The notes beneath the pieces are model-generated. The model was not told where the DNA came from. It saw only the letters and a program-made list of their open reading frames with translations, and made no database searches. Position numbers and translations under genes: made by a program. A stretch of DNA of 64,000 nucleotides, from assembly GCF_009914755.1 (NCBI RefSeq), contig NC_060931.1; one strand, given 5' to 3'. Within the stretch, counting starts at the first letter, position 1. Each line of letters begins with the position of its first letter. The stretch comes from the human T2T-CHM13v2.0 reference genome, Homo sapiens. Shown in pieces: positions 1 through 19,789 of this stretch.

Positions 1-380
1 CACTGCCTCGGCCTCCCAAAGTGCTGGGATTACAGGCGTGAGCCACCACGCTTGGCCTTTTTAAAAAAAAATTTTTTTCCTTTTTTTTTTTTTTTTTTGA
101 GACGGAGTATTACTCTGTCGCCCAGGCTGGAGTGCAGTGGCACAATCCTGGCTCACTGCATCCTCCACCTCCTGGGTTCAAGCAATTCTCTGCCTCAGCC
201 TCCTGAGTAGCTGGGATTACAGGCACCCACCACCACGCCTGGCTAATTTTTGTATTTTTAATAGAGACAGGGTTTCACCATCTTGGCCAGGCTGGTCTTG
301 AATTCCTGACCTCCTGATCCACCCACCTCAGCCTCCCAAAGTGCTGGGATTACAGGCATGAGCCACCATGCCTGGCCTAA

Positions 381-542
<162 letters not shown>

Positions 543-1099
543 TAGTAGAGACAGGGTTTCACCATGTTGGCCAGTCTTGTCTCAAACTGACCTCAAACAA
601 TCCACCCACCTTGGCCTCCCAAAGTGCTGGGATTACAGGCATGAGCCACCGTGCCTAGCCATTCAAGGACTGTCTTCATGTCACTAACAAAGTAGAAAAG
701 GGAATCCCACTGATCTCAATGACTTTGTCAATCTGCCTCCTGCAGGTAAATCATATTTAACTTTTATATTCTTTTCACCATGTGTTAAGAAATAACTTAG
801 CATGAAAAAAATTGCAAGCAAATTGAAATTCATAGTTCACATCTTGTGAACTATAGGGTAAGCAGAAGTTGGAGACAGTGAAAATGAGTTACTCTGATCA
901 TCTGACTATACCATTACATCTATGAAATAAATGGCAAATATTTAAAGAGGTGGCCAGGCGCAGTGGCTCACACCTGTAATCCCAGCACTTTGGGAGGCTG
1001 AGGTGGGCAGATCACGAGGTCAGGAGTTGGAGACCAGCCTGGTCAATATGGTGAAACCCTGTCTCTACTAAAAATACACAGATTAGCTGGGTGTGGTTA

Positions 1100-1369
<270 letters not shown>

Positions 1370-1388
1370 TTACTGAATTCACAAATAA

Positions 1389-1586
<198 letters not shown>

Positions 1587-1959
1587 TGAGTAGCTGGGAC
1601 TACAGGCGCCCACCACCACGCCCGGCTAATTTTTTGTATTTTTAGTAGAGACGGGGTTTCATCATGTTAGCCAGGATGGTCTCGATCTCCTGACCTTGTG
1701 ATCTGCCCGCCTTGGCTTCCCAAAGTGCTGGGATTACAGGCATAAGCCACCGCGCCTGGCCAAGAATGATATATTTATATAGCATAATCACTACTGTTCC
1801 CAAAGTAGAAGACATGATGACAGGAAATAGAGGAACCTGAGTTATCATTATTACCCACTAGATCTGGAAAGGACCATTGCAGATATTCACTTAAGCCATT
1901 ATATTTCAGAACTGCTTTTCCTCCAAAGTCTTGTCGAACTGGATAATGGAACTCTCTCC

Positions 1960-1962
1960 CAT

Positions 1963-2009
<47 letters not shown>

Positions 2010-2013
2010 TTTT
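1960..2013. repeat. (TTTA)n Alu-tail microsatellite (similar one at ~1438-1478)
   Basis: Direct reading of the sequence. Confidence 0.9.
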
Positions 2014-2807
2014 TGAGCTAGGTCTCACTATGTTGCTGCCCAGGCTAGAGTGCAGTGGCATGATCACATTTCACTGCAGCCTTGACCTCCAGGGCTCAAG
2101 TGATCCTCCAACGTTAGCCCCTACCTCCAAGTAGCTGGGACTACAGGCACACACCATCATGCTCAGCTAATTTTTTTTATTTTTTGTAGAGATGGGGTCT
2201 TGTTATGTTGCCCAGGCTAGTCTCAAACTCCTGGCTTCAACTAATCTTCCTGCCTCAGCCTCACAAAGTGCTGGGATTACAGGCATGAGCCACTGTACCT
2301 GAGCAAACTCTCAGCCTACAGGCACCCACTACCACGCCCGGCTAATTTTTGTATTTTTAGTAGAGACAGAGTTTCACCATGTTGGCATTTTTTAATCTCC
2401 TAACCTGGGAGGAAACCCAAGTGACACTGCCCCCAGAGGACTCTCATTATGCTCTGTGGTCACCTTAAGGACAACACAGGTGATGTTTTCAACATGATCA
2501 TATGATTTAGTAAGTTAACACTAATACCTTTTGCCTGGATTGTGATGAAAGTATATTTACCTTGAATCCCCTTCCTCATCACTGGAAGTTAAATCTTCCT
2601 AAAAACATGCTTTTACTATTTAACCCAGGCAGACGAGCAGCTGTGATTATTGGCTGAGCACCACCTTGTACTAAGGGAACAACATTTATTTTTAGGGATA
2701 GCTACCAAAGTTGTTAACTCTTTGGTACTCAAAAATCCTTCCAGGACTGGGTGTGGTGGCTCACGCCTGTAATCCCAGCACTTTGGGAGGCTGAGGTGGG
2801 TGGATCA

Positions 2808-3060
<253 letters not shown>

Positions 3061-3071
3061 CTATAGGATGA

Positions 3072-3413
<342 letters not shown>

Positions 3414-3971
3414 TAGCCAGGCTGGTCTCGATCTCTCGACCTCGTGATCCACCCTCCTCAGCCTCCCAAAGTGCTGGGATTACAGGCATGAGCCACGGCA
3501 CCCAGCCTAGTCTTCTCTGTTTTCTAAATGTAATAGATTTGTTCCTGTCTTTGAGCTTCAGTTCATGTATGACCCCTACTGATTCTTCTTTCTCTAACCA
3601 AATCTGCCCATTTTTTGCTATTTATATCCTAATTCCTTTTAGAGTCCTCCTGGGATATTGCTCTCTCTCCTCCGCTCCTTCTCCTCTAAATCCCTATAGC
3701 ACAGAATTAGGGATTACTTAATATTTTATTAAGTCATATGCAATCTTATTTTATAGTTGACTAATTCGACTATGTATAGTTCAATATAATTGGCTAACTT
3801 AATTGCCATGTCAGTAAGACGATCAACATCTAGAATATAACAATTGTTTTATTCATATGTATACATACACATACATTATATAAAGTTTTTGCCCTCGCCT
3901 AACGTACTCCTGTGACTGTGGGAGGCACTCGATATTGGTTAGATGAGTGAATGAATAGACAGTGTCAATGA

Positions 3972-4301
<330 letters not shown>

Positions 4302-4399
4302 TGACCAGGAAATTCTTTTATCCTGTTGATGGGGCTTGGACACACTTCCTGGCCTCAAAGTCTCCTGCTTCAGAGGATTCCTTGACTCCCAAGAACCTA

Positions 4400-4750
<351 letters not shown>

Positions 4751-4909
4751 TTATGTCACAAGGAATTCAAAAGGAGTTTTAAAAACCCAAGTTTTAAAGT
4801 TCTGTATAATAAAAAAAATTTTGTACAAAATTACAGGGTTTTTCATTTCTGTATATTCAAATGGACATGACAGTGTGACAAGGAGTGGTTTTTCCTCTCA
4901 GGGTTTTGA

Positions 4910-5284
<375 letters not shown>

Positions 5285-5560
5285 TAACATATATCACCAC
5301 ACCAGGCATGGTGGCTCACGTCTATAATCCCAGCACTTTGGAAGAGCAAATGGGTGGATCACTTGAGGTCGGGAGTTTGAGACCAGACTGGCCAATATGG
5401 CGAAACACCGTCTCTACTAAAAATACAAAAAATTAGCCGGGTGTCGGGCGCGGTGGCTCATGCCTGTAATCCCAGCACTTTGGGAGGCCGAGTTGGATGG
5501 ATCACAAGGTCAGGAGTTTGAGACCAGCCTGGCCAATATGGTGAAACCCCTTCTCTACTA

Positions 5561-6067
<507 letters not shown>

Positions 6068-6263
6068 TAAAGTGCTGAGATTACAGGCGTGAGCCACCAC
6101 GCCCAGCCCACATTTGCTACCCTCTTGAGTAAAGAAAACTAACATTCTCCATCAAAACAACTTTTTTTATTGACTAGATCTAGTCAGATATCCAAAAAGA
6201 AAGATTCAGGAAACAAGGCTAGGAAAATAAAATAATTCATGATCTTAAATCCATCTTACTCAC

Positions 6264-6422
6264 CAAAACATAGCAACTTTCCAGTATTCTTCATGTTCAA
6301 CTGTTCATCAGTAGGAGGGCTAGTTGTCCTTCTTGTTTTATCTAAGCATCCCTGTTCGCTGATTAATAGCATTCTCCCTTGTTCCATCCATGTGATCAAA
6401 TCTGGCTTGGAAAAAGCATACC
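6264..6422 (-). CDS. ZNF425: ZNF425 exon 3, KRAB-B/linker ([53 protein letters not shown])
   Basis: 159 nt, ttgcag| acceptor and |gtgagt donor, phase 1-1, in frame with exon 2; KPDLI..MEQG KRAB-B motif; the peptide is visible in ORF 6256..6528. Confidence 0.94.
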
Positions 6423-6551
6423 CTGCAAATAGAGTCCACACAGACTTTGAGTTTACTGCATACTTAAATAATTTTTTTGGCCGGGCGTGGTGGCTCACGC
6501 CTGTAATCCCAGCACTTTGGGAGGCCAAGGCAGGCAGATCTCTTGAGGTCA

Positions 6552-6767
<216 letters not shown>

Positions 6768-6960
6768 TTATTTTTAAAAATTATTATCATTATTATTTTA
6801 TTTTATTTTTGAGACAGGGTCTCACTCTGTCACCCATGCTGGAGTGCAGTGGTACAATCTTGGCTCATTGCAACCTCTGCCTCCCGGGGATCAACTGATC
6901 CTCCCACCTCAGCCTCCTGAGTAGCTGGGACTATAGGCATGCGCCACCATGCCCTGCTAA

Positions 6961-7429
<469 letters not shown>

Positions 7430-7626
7430 TAAAAATCATTTTCATAGTTGACTTCGATTCCTAGAGACGTTGAGATCAAAGTTAAGTCAAAAAAATGAAA
7501 GCCGTTGAAATGACATGAATGACAATAGAATAAAGCCTTACCAAGACTGTTTAGTTCAGGCCAGGTGCAGTGGCTCATGCCTGTATACCCAGAACTTTGG
7601 GAGACTGAGGTGGGAGGACTGCTTGA

Positions 7627-7887
<261 letters not shown>

Positions 7888-8209
7888 TAGCCAGGATGGT
7901 CTCGATCTCCTGACCTCGTGATCCACCCACCTTGGCCTCCCAAAGTGCTGGGATTACAGGCGTGAGCCACCGCACCTGGCCCAAAAATTTTAAAAATTAG
8001 CCAGGTGCGGTGGTGTATGCCTGTGGTCCCAGCTACTCAGCAGGCAGAGTTGGGAGGATCACTTGAGCCCATGAGTTTGAGGCTGCAGTGAGCTGTGATT
8101 GTGCCACTGCACCCAGCCTAGGTGATAGAGAGAGACTCTGTCTAAAAAAAAAAAAAAAAAAGACTGTTCAGTTTAAATATCCTCTGCAATATTTCACAAA
8201 ATTTTTTGA

Positions 8210-8311
<102 letters not shown>

Positions 8312-8905
8312 TGAGTAGGTGGGACTACAGGGGTGCAACACCACGCCCAGCTAATTTTTTTTTTTTTTGTATTTTTAGTAGAGACGGGGTTTCACCAAGT
8401 TGGTCAGGCTGGTCTGGAACACCTGACCTCATGATCCACCTGCCTCAGCCTCCCAAAGTGCTGGAATTACAGGCGTGAGCCACTGCGCCCAGCCTTTTTT
8501 TTTTTTTTTTTTCTTTGAAATGGAGTCTCACTCTGTCACCAGGCTGGAGTGCAGGGCACAGTCTGGCTGGAGTGCAGTGGCACAGAGTGGCTCACTGCAA
8601 CCTCCGCCTTCCGAGTTCAAGCAATTCTCCTGCCTCAGCCTCCTGAGTTGCTGGGATTGCAGGTGTGCGCCACCATGCCCGGCTAATTTTTTGTATTTTT
8701 AGTAGCGATGGGGTTTCACTATGTTGGCCAGGCCGGTCTCGAATGCCTAACCTCGTGATCCACTCACCTTGGCTTCCCAAAGTGGTGGGATTACAGGCGT
8801 GAACCACTGTGCCCGGCCCAATATTTCACAAAATAATTAAAGGAAGCAGACAAGTTAAGGATGATATGGATTTAAAAAAGTGATCATTATGAGAACACTG
8901 TGAGT

Positions 8906-8940
<35 letters not shown>

Positions 8941-10279
8941 CTTACAGGGAGTTAAGGAGGGAACTTCAATCACTAAACTTTTCTGATGAGATGGCTCACA
9001 TCCAATCCTCACCATTGAGGTACCAAAATTCTTTTTTTCTTTTCTTTCTTTTCTTTTTTTTTTTTTTTTTTTTTGAGACAGAGTCTTACTCTGTCACCCA
9101 GGCTGGACTGCAGAGTTGTGATCTTGGCTCACTGCAACCTCCAACTCCCAGGTTCAAGCAATCCTCCCACCTCAGCCTCCTGAGTAGCTAGGATTACAGA
9201 CGTGTGCCACCACGCTGGCTAATTTTTTTTTTTTTTTTTTTTTGTATTTTTAGTAGAGATGGGGTTTCACTATGTTGGCCAGGCTGGTCTCAAACTCCTT
9301 ATCTCAAGTGATCTGTCCGCCTCGACCTCCCAAAGTATTGGGATTACAGGCGTGAGCCCCCACGCCTGGTGAATATCGAGGTACCAACATTCTTGATCAG
9401 TGAAGTGATAGAAACAGGAGGTTGTTAAATAACAGTGATTAAGAGGTAGAAAGTAATGCAGTCTAGTGGCATAAGCCTAAAAGAAGGGTTTTTTGCTGGG
9501 TGCGGTGGCTCACGCTTGTAATCCCAGTACTTTGGGAGGCTGAGGCGGGCGGATCACCTGAGGTCAGGAGTTCGAGACCACCCTGGCCAACATGACCACC
9601 CTGGCCAACATGACCACCCTGGCCAACATGGTGAAACCCTGTCTCTACTAAAAATATAAAAATTAGCCAGGTGTGGTGGCGCACGCCTGTAATTTCAGCT
9701 ACTCAGGAGGCTGAGGCAGGAGAATAGCTTGAAACTGGGAGACAGAGGTTGTAGTGAGCCGAGATCGTGCCATTGCACTCCAGCCTGGGTGACAGAGCGA
9801 GACTCCGTCAAAAAAAAAAAAAAAAAAGAAGGGTTTCCATAAATCAGTAGAGGGTCTTCAGAGTAGGCAGCAGGAAGCCTCTTCCTCTGAGCCTTTGGTG
9901 GTGTCAGCTACAGCTCAGCCCTCAGATCAAGGCTTCATCTCCAAGGGAAGTGGGTACCGCCAGCATTAGCAGCACCTCAAGTACTTGTGAAAAATGTAGA
10001 TCCCTGGGCCTGAGCCCGAACCTGCTAAATCCTAAGCGCTGGGGCTGGGATCTGGATGTTCTATACGGAAAATCATTGGCAGGTAATACCATTTGATTTT
10101 TAAAATTTGGAAAAATCTGGCTAAATTTTCCAAGTTGAAGGACACTAATTGTGATACCTCACAACAACACTGGATCAGCACACAGCTCTCATCTGTCCCA
10201 CCCTGCTGGCTCCTGGGCCTCGGTGTCCTCAGGTTAGCCTCTAAATGAGTTGTTGTCCCAGGTCTCTTTCTGTTCTGTC

Positions 10280-11070
10280 TACACAATTCTCCCTGGATGA
10301 TCCCAAACCAGCCCCATAGTTTAAAATACCATCACTATAACGTCTTCCAATTCTGTAAATCCAGTCCTAACCTTAACATGGAATTCCAGTTTCACATACT
10401 TTATGTTTCCATGGAAATGTATATGAGCATCTCAGATGTAATGTGGCACAAATGTGCGACCTCCCTAACCTTCCTCCTGTTAGTGAACAAAGCCACTTGC
10501 CATCAGGATACTCAAACCAAAAATCAAGGAGTTGATTCTTCTTTTTTTCCACATCTAATCCATCAGCAAAATCTAGGATTCTGCCTCTAAAGCCTATCTG
10601 GAGACCATCTTCTTCTGTCTTAATTACTACCTACCTGGTTCAGCTGCCATGAAATCGCACCAGAACGGCCAACACTCTTGGCTAGTGTCTCTCCTTTCAT
10701 TGCTGTCCACTATGATTCATTCTCCACATAGCAACCCAAGTAACCATTTTAAAAGTAAATCACTCCCCTCTGTTTAAATCCCCCCATCATCTTCCCCTTG
10801 TGCTGAGAATAAAATCCAACTCCTTATCTTGTCCTTTGGGGCCCTTCCTCACCAGCCTTCTGTGCAGATCCTACCACAGGCTCAGTGTAGGTCTCAACAA
10901 CCTGAGCCCAGGCACTCCTACCCTGGGGCCTTTGCCCTAGTTTTTCTCTGCTTAAAATTGTCTTCCCCCTAATTTCACATGGTTGATTCTTGTCATTCCT
11001 ATCTCACACAATAAAATATAAATCCCCCAAGCAGGGAATGAGTCCTTCAGGCTAGACTGAGATCACTTAT
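10280..11070 (+). mobile_element. L2 fragment
   Basis: Degenerate L2 3' region motifs (TTTAAAATACCATC..., CATCTCAGATGTAATGTG..., TCCACATAGCAACC..., GGGCCTTTGCCCTAG). Confidence 0.55.
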
Positions 11071-11240
11071 TATATTGATACCAGTAGAAATGGTTTTAAT
11101 GAGGCCAGGCGTGGTGGCTCATGCCTGTAATCCCAGCACTTTGGGAGGCTGAGGTGAGCAGATCACGAGGTCAGGAGTTCGAGACCAGCCTGGCCAACAT
11201 GATGAAAACCCATCTCTATTAAAAATGCAAAAAAAAATTA

Positions 11241-11462
<222 letters not shown>

Positions 11463-11652
11463 TTAATCTTTTTAATCTACTCCTTGAGTATGTCCCTGGA
11501 GTTACCTAAGTGTCCCATCCCACTGCTCTCTCCTCCCTTCCTCTACCCTTTTCTTGCCTGTTATATTCACACCATGCACTATGTTGCATCCCAGCTTATT
11601 CTCACTTAATCACTCTGTCCCCTTCATGAAACCAATAGTTCCTTGAAGATGA

Positions 11653-12113
<461 letters not shown>

Positions 12114-12340
12114 TAAGGTAGGAGACAGAGAATTTAGAGTATTAATAATACTGAAGGCAAAGATACCACTGGATAAAAAGGAATTTAATATTCCCAGGCC
12201 ATTATAGGAAAGGGAGGAGACATTATGAATGTAAACTGGGCACAGTATCATATTCAACCAGCCCACGGCTCATACAGGGAAGGAAGCCTGGTACTATTAG
12301 GTTGGTTCCTAAAAAGTGATTCCTTAGAAGCTCATCTTAC

Positions 12341-12467
12341 CCAGGGAATCAAGGGTCTCGTAATTGGTCTTCATCTCTTGCTTATACATTTGCTTCTGCC
12401 ACTTCTCCAGGATCTCCCACTCTTGTTCCGAAAAATATAAGGCCACATCATCAAATGTCACAGTTAC
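12341..12467 (-). CDS. ZNF425: ZNF425 exon 2, KRAB-A box ([43 protein letters not shown])
   Basis: Classic 127-nt KRAB-A exon bounded by ttccag| and |gtaaga; VTFDDVA..F..EW..L...QK..Y...M..NY..L.SL motif. Confidence 0.96.
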
Positions 12468-13688
12468 CTGGAATCACAAATAGTATACACATACATTTTT
12501 ACTTTACGGCTACTTTGTTTTTCAATGTCCATTACTTTATTGAGATACAGAAAGAAAACATGTTAATTATTTCTGGATGGTGCCATATTATAAAATAAAC
12601 AACAAAGGGGTCACAAATATCCACTGGAGCCAAGTAAAATGAATGAATGGGCCGGGCCCAGTCGCTCACGCCTGTAATCCCAGCACTTTGGGAGGCCAAA
12701 GTGGGTGGATCACCTGAGGTCAGGAGTTTGAGAGACCAGCCTGGCCAACATGGCAAAACCTCATCTCTACTAAAAATTAAAAAATTAGCTGGGCGTGATG
12801 GCACATTCCTGTAGTCCCAGTTACTCAGGAAGCTGAGGCAGGAGAATCGTTTGAACCCGGAAGGCAGAGGTTGCAGTGAGTTGAGATCCTGCCACTGCAC
12901 TCCAGCCTGGGCTACAGAGTGAGCCTCTGTCTCAAAAATAATAAAAATAAACTAAAATGAATGAATGAATAGCAGGCCTTTGAGCACAAAGACCATCTAA
13001 AAAGGGATGCTTTACTTAGCAGCAACCAGTTACTGCTGTGGAAGACTGGGTCTAGTATTGCTGGATGTGTCAGTTTTTGAAAAATGTTTTACTTTGAAAT
13101 AATTATAGATTCACAAGATGTTGTAAAAACAGCACAGAAGGCTTCCATGTAAGTGTGCCTATAGTCCCAGCTACTTGGGAGGCTGAGGCGGGAGGACTGC
13201 TTAAGTTCAGGAGTTTGAAACCAGCCTAGATTTTTTTTTTTTTTTTTGAGATGGAGTCTCTCTCTGACACCCAGGCTGGAGTGCAGTGGCTCAATCTCGG
13301 CTCACTGCAAAGTCTGACTCCCAGGTTCAAGTGATTCTCCTGCCCCAGCCTCCCAAGTAGCTGGGATTACGGGGTGTGCCACCATGCCTGGTTCGAGAGA
13401 CCAACCTGGCCAACGTGGTAAAACCTCATCTCTACTAAAAATACAAAAATTAGCTGGGTGTGGTGGCACGCCTGGATTAAGGCACGAGCCACTACGCCTG
13501 GCCCAAAAATTATTTTTAAAAAGGTTCCATGTACCCTTCACCCAGTTTACCCAAAAGGTCATATTGTATATTATAGTACAATATCAAAACAAGTAAACTG
13601 ACATTGGTGCAATGTGTACATATAATTCTGTTATTTCATCGCATATGCTCACTCATGTAACCACCACTGCAATCAAAAAACACAACTA

Positions 13689-14137
13689 CAGTCAGCCTTT
13701 GTATTCACAGGTTCCACATCCATAAATTCGACCAACCTTAGATCAAATCTGCTTTAAAAATAAAAGCCAGGTATGGTAATCCCAGCACTTTGGGAGGCTG
13801 AGGTGGGAAGACTGCTTGAGCTCAAGTTTGAGACCAGCCTGAGCAACATAGCAAGACCTCATCTCTATTAAAAAATAAAATAAAGTAAAATTTTAAATAA
13901 TGTATTTTAAAATGCAAGAATATACTACAAATTTTTTAAAATCCAGCATAACTATTTACATAGCGTTTATATTGTATTAGGTATTATAAGTAATTGAGAC
14001 ATGATTTATGTACAAGAAGATGTGCACGGGGTATATGTAAATTCTACCATTTTATATAAGGGACTTGAGCATCCATGGATTTTGGTATCTGTGAGGGGTC
14101 CTGGAACCAATCCCTTGCGGATACTGACAGACAACTG
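13689..14137. mobile_element. MER2 (TcMar-Tigger MITE) with an inserted Alu monomer
   Basis: Terminal CAGTC.../...ACAACTG inverted ends; internal ACTATTTACATAGCGTTTATATTGTATTAGGTATTATAAGTAAT and GGGACTTGAGCATCCATGGATTTTGGTATC. Confidence 0.75.
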
Positions 14138-14201
14138 CATCCCATCACCACAAAGAGCTCCCTTGTTGCAACCCTTTATAATCACAACCACGAATCTATT
14201 A

Positions 14202-14916
<715 letters not shown>

Positions 14917-15095
14917 TATTTCATTTCTTTTTTTATTGCCGAGTAGTATTCCATGGTATGGATGCACCAGTTTGATTAGCCATTCACCTACTGAGAAATA
15001 TTTTGGTTTTAACTTTTTGGATATTAACAAAAGAGCTGTTATGGACAATCATGTACAGGATTTGGGGTGGGCATGTTTTTATTTTTCTGGGGTAA

Positions 15096-15431
<336 letters not shown>

Positions 15432-17270
15432 TGATCCGCCCACCTCGGCCTCCCAAAGTGCTGGGATTACAGGCCTGAGCCATTATGCCTGGTCGCCATT
15501 TCACATTCCTACCAGCAATCTATAAGACAGCATTTCTTAGCACCATCGCCAGCATTTGGCAATGTCACTACTTTTAACTGTTCTGATAGGTGTATAGTGA
15601 TCTCTAACTGTGGCTTTAATTTGGTTTTCCTAATGAGTAATGATGTTAAACATCTTTTTATGTGTTTTTTCCCATGAAAATATTCTCTTTGGCAAAATGC
15701 CACTTTATATATTTTGCCCGTTTTCTTTGTTTTTTTTGAGACGGAGTCTCGCTCTGTCACCCAGGCTGGAGTGCAGTGGTGCAATCGCGGCTCACTGCAA
15801 GCTGCATCTCCCAGGTTCACGCCATTCTTCTGCCTCAGCCTCCTGAGTAGCTGGGACTACAGGCACCCGTCACCACCGCCGGCTTTTTTTTTTTTTTTTT
15901 GTATTTTTGTATTTTTAGTAGAGATGGGGTTTCACCATGTTAGCCAGGATGGTCTCGATCTCCTGACCTCGTGATCCGCCCACTCTCGGCCTCCCAAAGT
16001 GCTGGGATTACAGGTGTGAGCCACCACTCCCGGCCATCTTTTGCCCATTTTCTAATTGGATTTTTTTTTAACTGTCCAAGGAAGATTCTTTTTTTTTTTA
16101 AATAAAGATGGTGTCTTGCTACATTGCGCAGGCTAATCTGAAACTCCAGGGCTCAAGCAATCCTCCTGCCTCAGGCTCCGGAAGTGCTGGGATTATAGGC
16201 AGGAGCCACCTTGCCTAGCTGAGCTCTTTACGTAGTCTAGACAGGAGTCCTTTGTCAGATATGTGGTTTGCAAATTTTGGCCCCAGTCCGTATCTTTTCA
16301 CGCTCTTAACAGGATCCTTCAAAAAGCAAGTTTTAAATTTTGATTATGTCCAATTTATCACTTTTTTCCCTTTATTGATTGTGCTGGTGGTACACCACCA
16401 GGGACTTCCCACTGTGCCCTAGGTTCCAAAGATTTTCTCCAGTGTCACCTTCTACAGGTTTTGTAGCTGTGTTTTACATTGAGACGTGGGTTTTTTGTTT
16501 TTGTTTTTGTTTTTTTGTACACGGAGTCTCGTTCCGTCGCCCAGGTTGGAGTGCAATGGCGCAATCTCGGCTCACTACAACCTCTGCCTCCTTGGTTCAA
16601 GCAGTCCTCCTGCCTCAGCCTCCTGAGTAGCTGGGATTACAGGCATGTGCGACCACGCCCAGCTAATTTTGTATTTTTAGTAGAGACGGGGTTTCACCAT
16701 GTTGGCCAGGCTGGTCTTGAACTCCTAACCTCAGGTGATCTACCCACCTCAACCTCCCAAAGTGCTGGGATTTACAGGTGTGAGCTACCACACCCGGCCT
16801 GGGATGTGTCATTTTCTTAAAGAGAAACTGGAAACATAGATCATTTTATGTGAACTCATGTTGGCAACTAAAATTCCCAATTTTAACAGGGGTGTTTCAA
16901 ACAAAATGTCTGCAAGCCATGATTGGCTCATGGACCATTAACCTACAACCTCTAGTATGGACTGAACTAACCAGGGCGGCTCTTCCTGGGTGTTTGAGGA
17001 CAGATCCACTGTGTCAAGAGGGAAGCAACAGAACATGTGTAACTTTTGAAAATTCCATTTTCACTCCTTTCAGATTCTGTGCTATAAATATAGATGACAG
17101 CCTACTAGCAAAGTACTGGACATCTTGAAAGATGGCTAAGGCTCTTCCCAAGTATATAGAAAATGTTGGTCAGAAGCACTACAAGTCTCCCAATAAGAGA
17201 ATCTAGGAGACCTGACGTTTAACACTTAGGCTTTTGGAGATAAAAGTTTCAGAGCTAAAATTCTATCTAA

Positions 17271-17855
<585 letters not shown>

Positions 17856-17881
17856 TAGCCAGGATGGTCTTGATCTCCTGA

Positions 17882-18163
<282 letters not shown>

Positions 18164-18281
18164 TAGCCAGGATGGTCTCGATCTCCTGACCTCATGATCC
18201 GCCCGTCTTGGCCACCCAAAGTGCTGGGATTACAGGCGTAAGCCACCACGTCCGGATGGCCTTGTTATTTTTACAATGTGA

Positions 18282-18758
<477 letters not shown>

Positions 18759-19495
18759 TAATACATTAGCCAGTAAACTGTTACCACATTTTCTATAAAT
18801 TCAATGTACAAAGAAGAGCTACCACAAACTTTCCCAGAACAGAGAGGAATATTCCAGGAGATTCCCAATCACTTAAAGAGGAGAGAAAAAAAGAAAGCCT
18901 GGCTGTAGAAACAAAGCTTGGAGAAATCAGAAAAGAATCTGTACCTGCCAAAGGAGGCTGGGGAAAAGGAGTGGGAGGCAAAAGGGAAGAATCAAATGCA
19001 AATAAGGAGCATTACATTCCTAAGATTATAAAATTTCATTGGGGGCACAAGAAAAACTTGCACACTTAAGCAAGTTATACTTAACTGAATGTAACAGGGT
19101 TTCTTGGATTAAGCCTCAGGATACGCCTTTCAAACTCTAAAACCGGTGCTCAAATTTTCAATACTACATTACAATACTACAGCATTTACGGTAAATTCGA
19201 TTTACGCTAACCACCCAATTCATTTTAAGTTTTCTGTCCTTTCCTAGAGGGAGCGGTCTCCAATTTCTCTCAGTTCCAGCTTTCCTTCTCCTTTTTCTCA
19301 TCTGCTTAACACTGATGTGCTTCTCTGAAACTACCTTCAGCAGGAGAGCACGGGCCCCAGAGAGACCCCGAGGTTCAGAGCCCCGACACTGAAGGCAGGG
19401 ACAGCGTTGTTGATCTGAGCCTACAACAGGCCGAGAAACAGATCTTTCCCACCCGGATTCTTTCTCCCAAACCAACTTTTATTTATGTATTAAAC

Positions 19496-19789
19496 AGACG
19501 GGGTCTGGCTGTTGCCCAGGTTGGAGGGCAGTGGCTATTCACAGGCGCGATCCCACTAACGATCAGCACTGGGGTTTTGCCCTGCTCGGTTTCCGAGCTG
19601 GGCCGGTTCCCCCTCCCTGGGGAACCTGGTGGTCCCCGCTCCCGAGAGGTCACCACACAGATGCAGAACTCAGAGGCACCGCGCGACGGACCTAGCGCAT
19701 ATACAGCGCAGAGCTCCCGGGCTCAAGCGCTGCTCCCGCCTCAGCCTTCCGAGTGGCCGGGGCCACAGACGCGCGCGGCCAAGCCCGGC
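19496..19789 (-). pseudogene. Full-length 7SL (SRP) RNA retro-pseudogene (RN7SL-type)
   Basis: Reverse complement matches 7SL including the S-domain absent from Alus (GGGGACCACCAGGTT..., AACCGGCCCAG..., GTGCTGATC...GTGGGATCGCGCCTGTGAATAGCCACTGC); A-rich tail at 19477-19495; degenerate TSD AAAAG(C/T)TGGT(C/T)T at 19469-19480 and 19791-19802. Confidence 0.92.
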
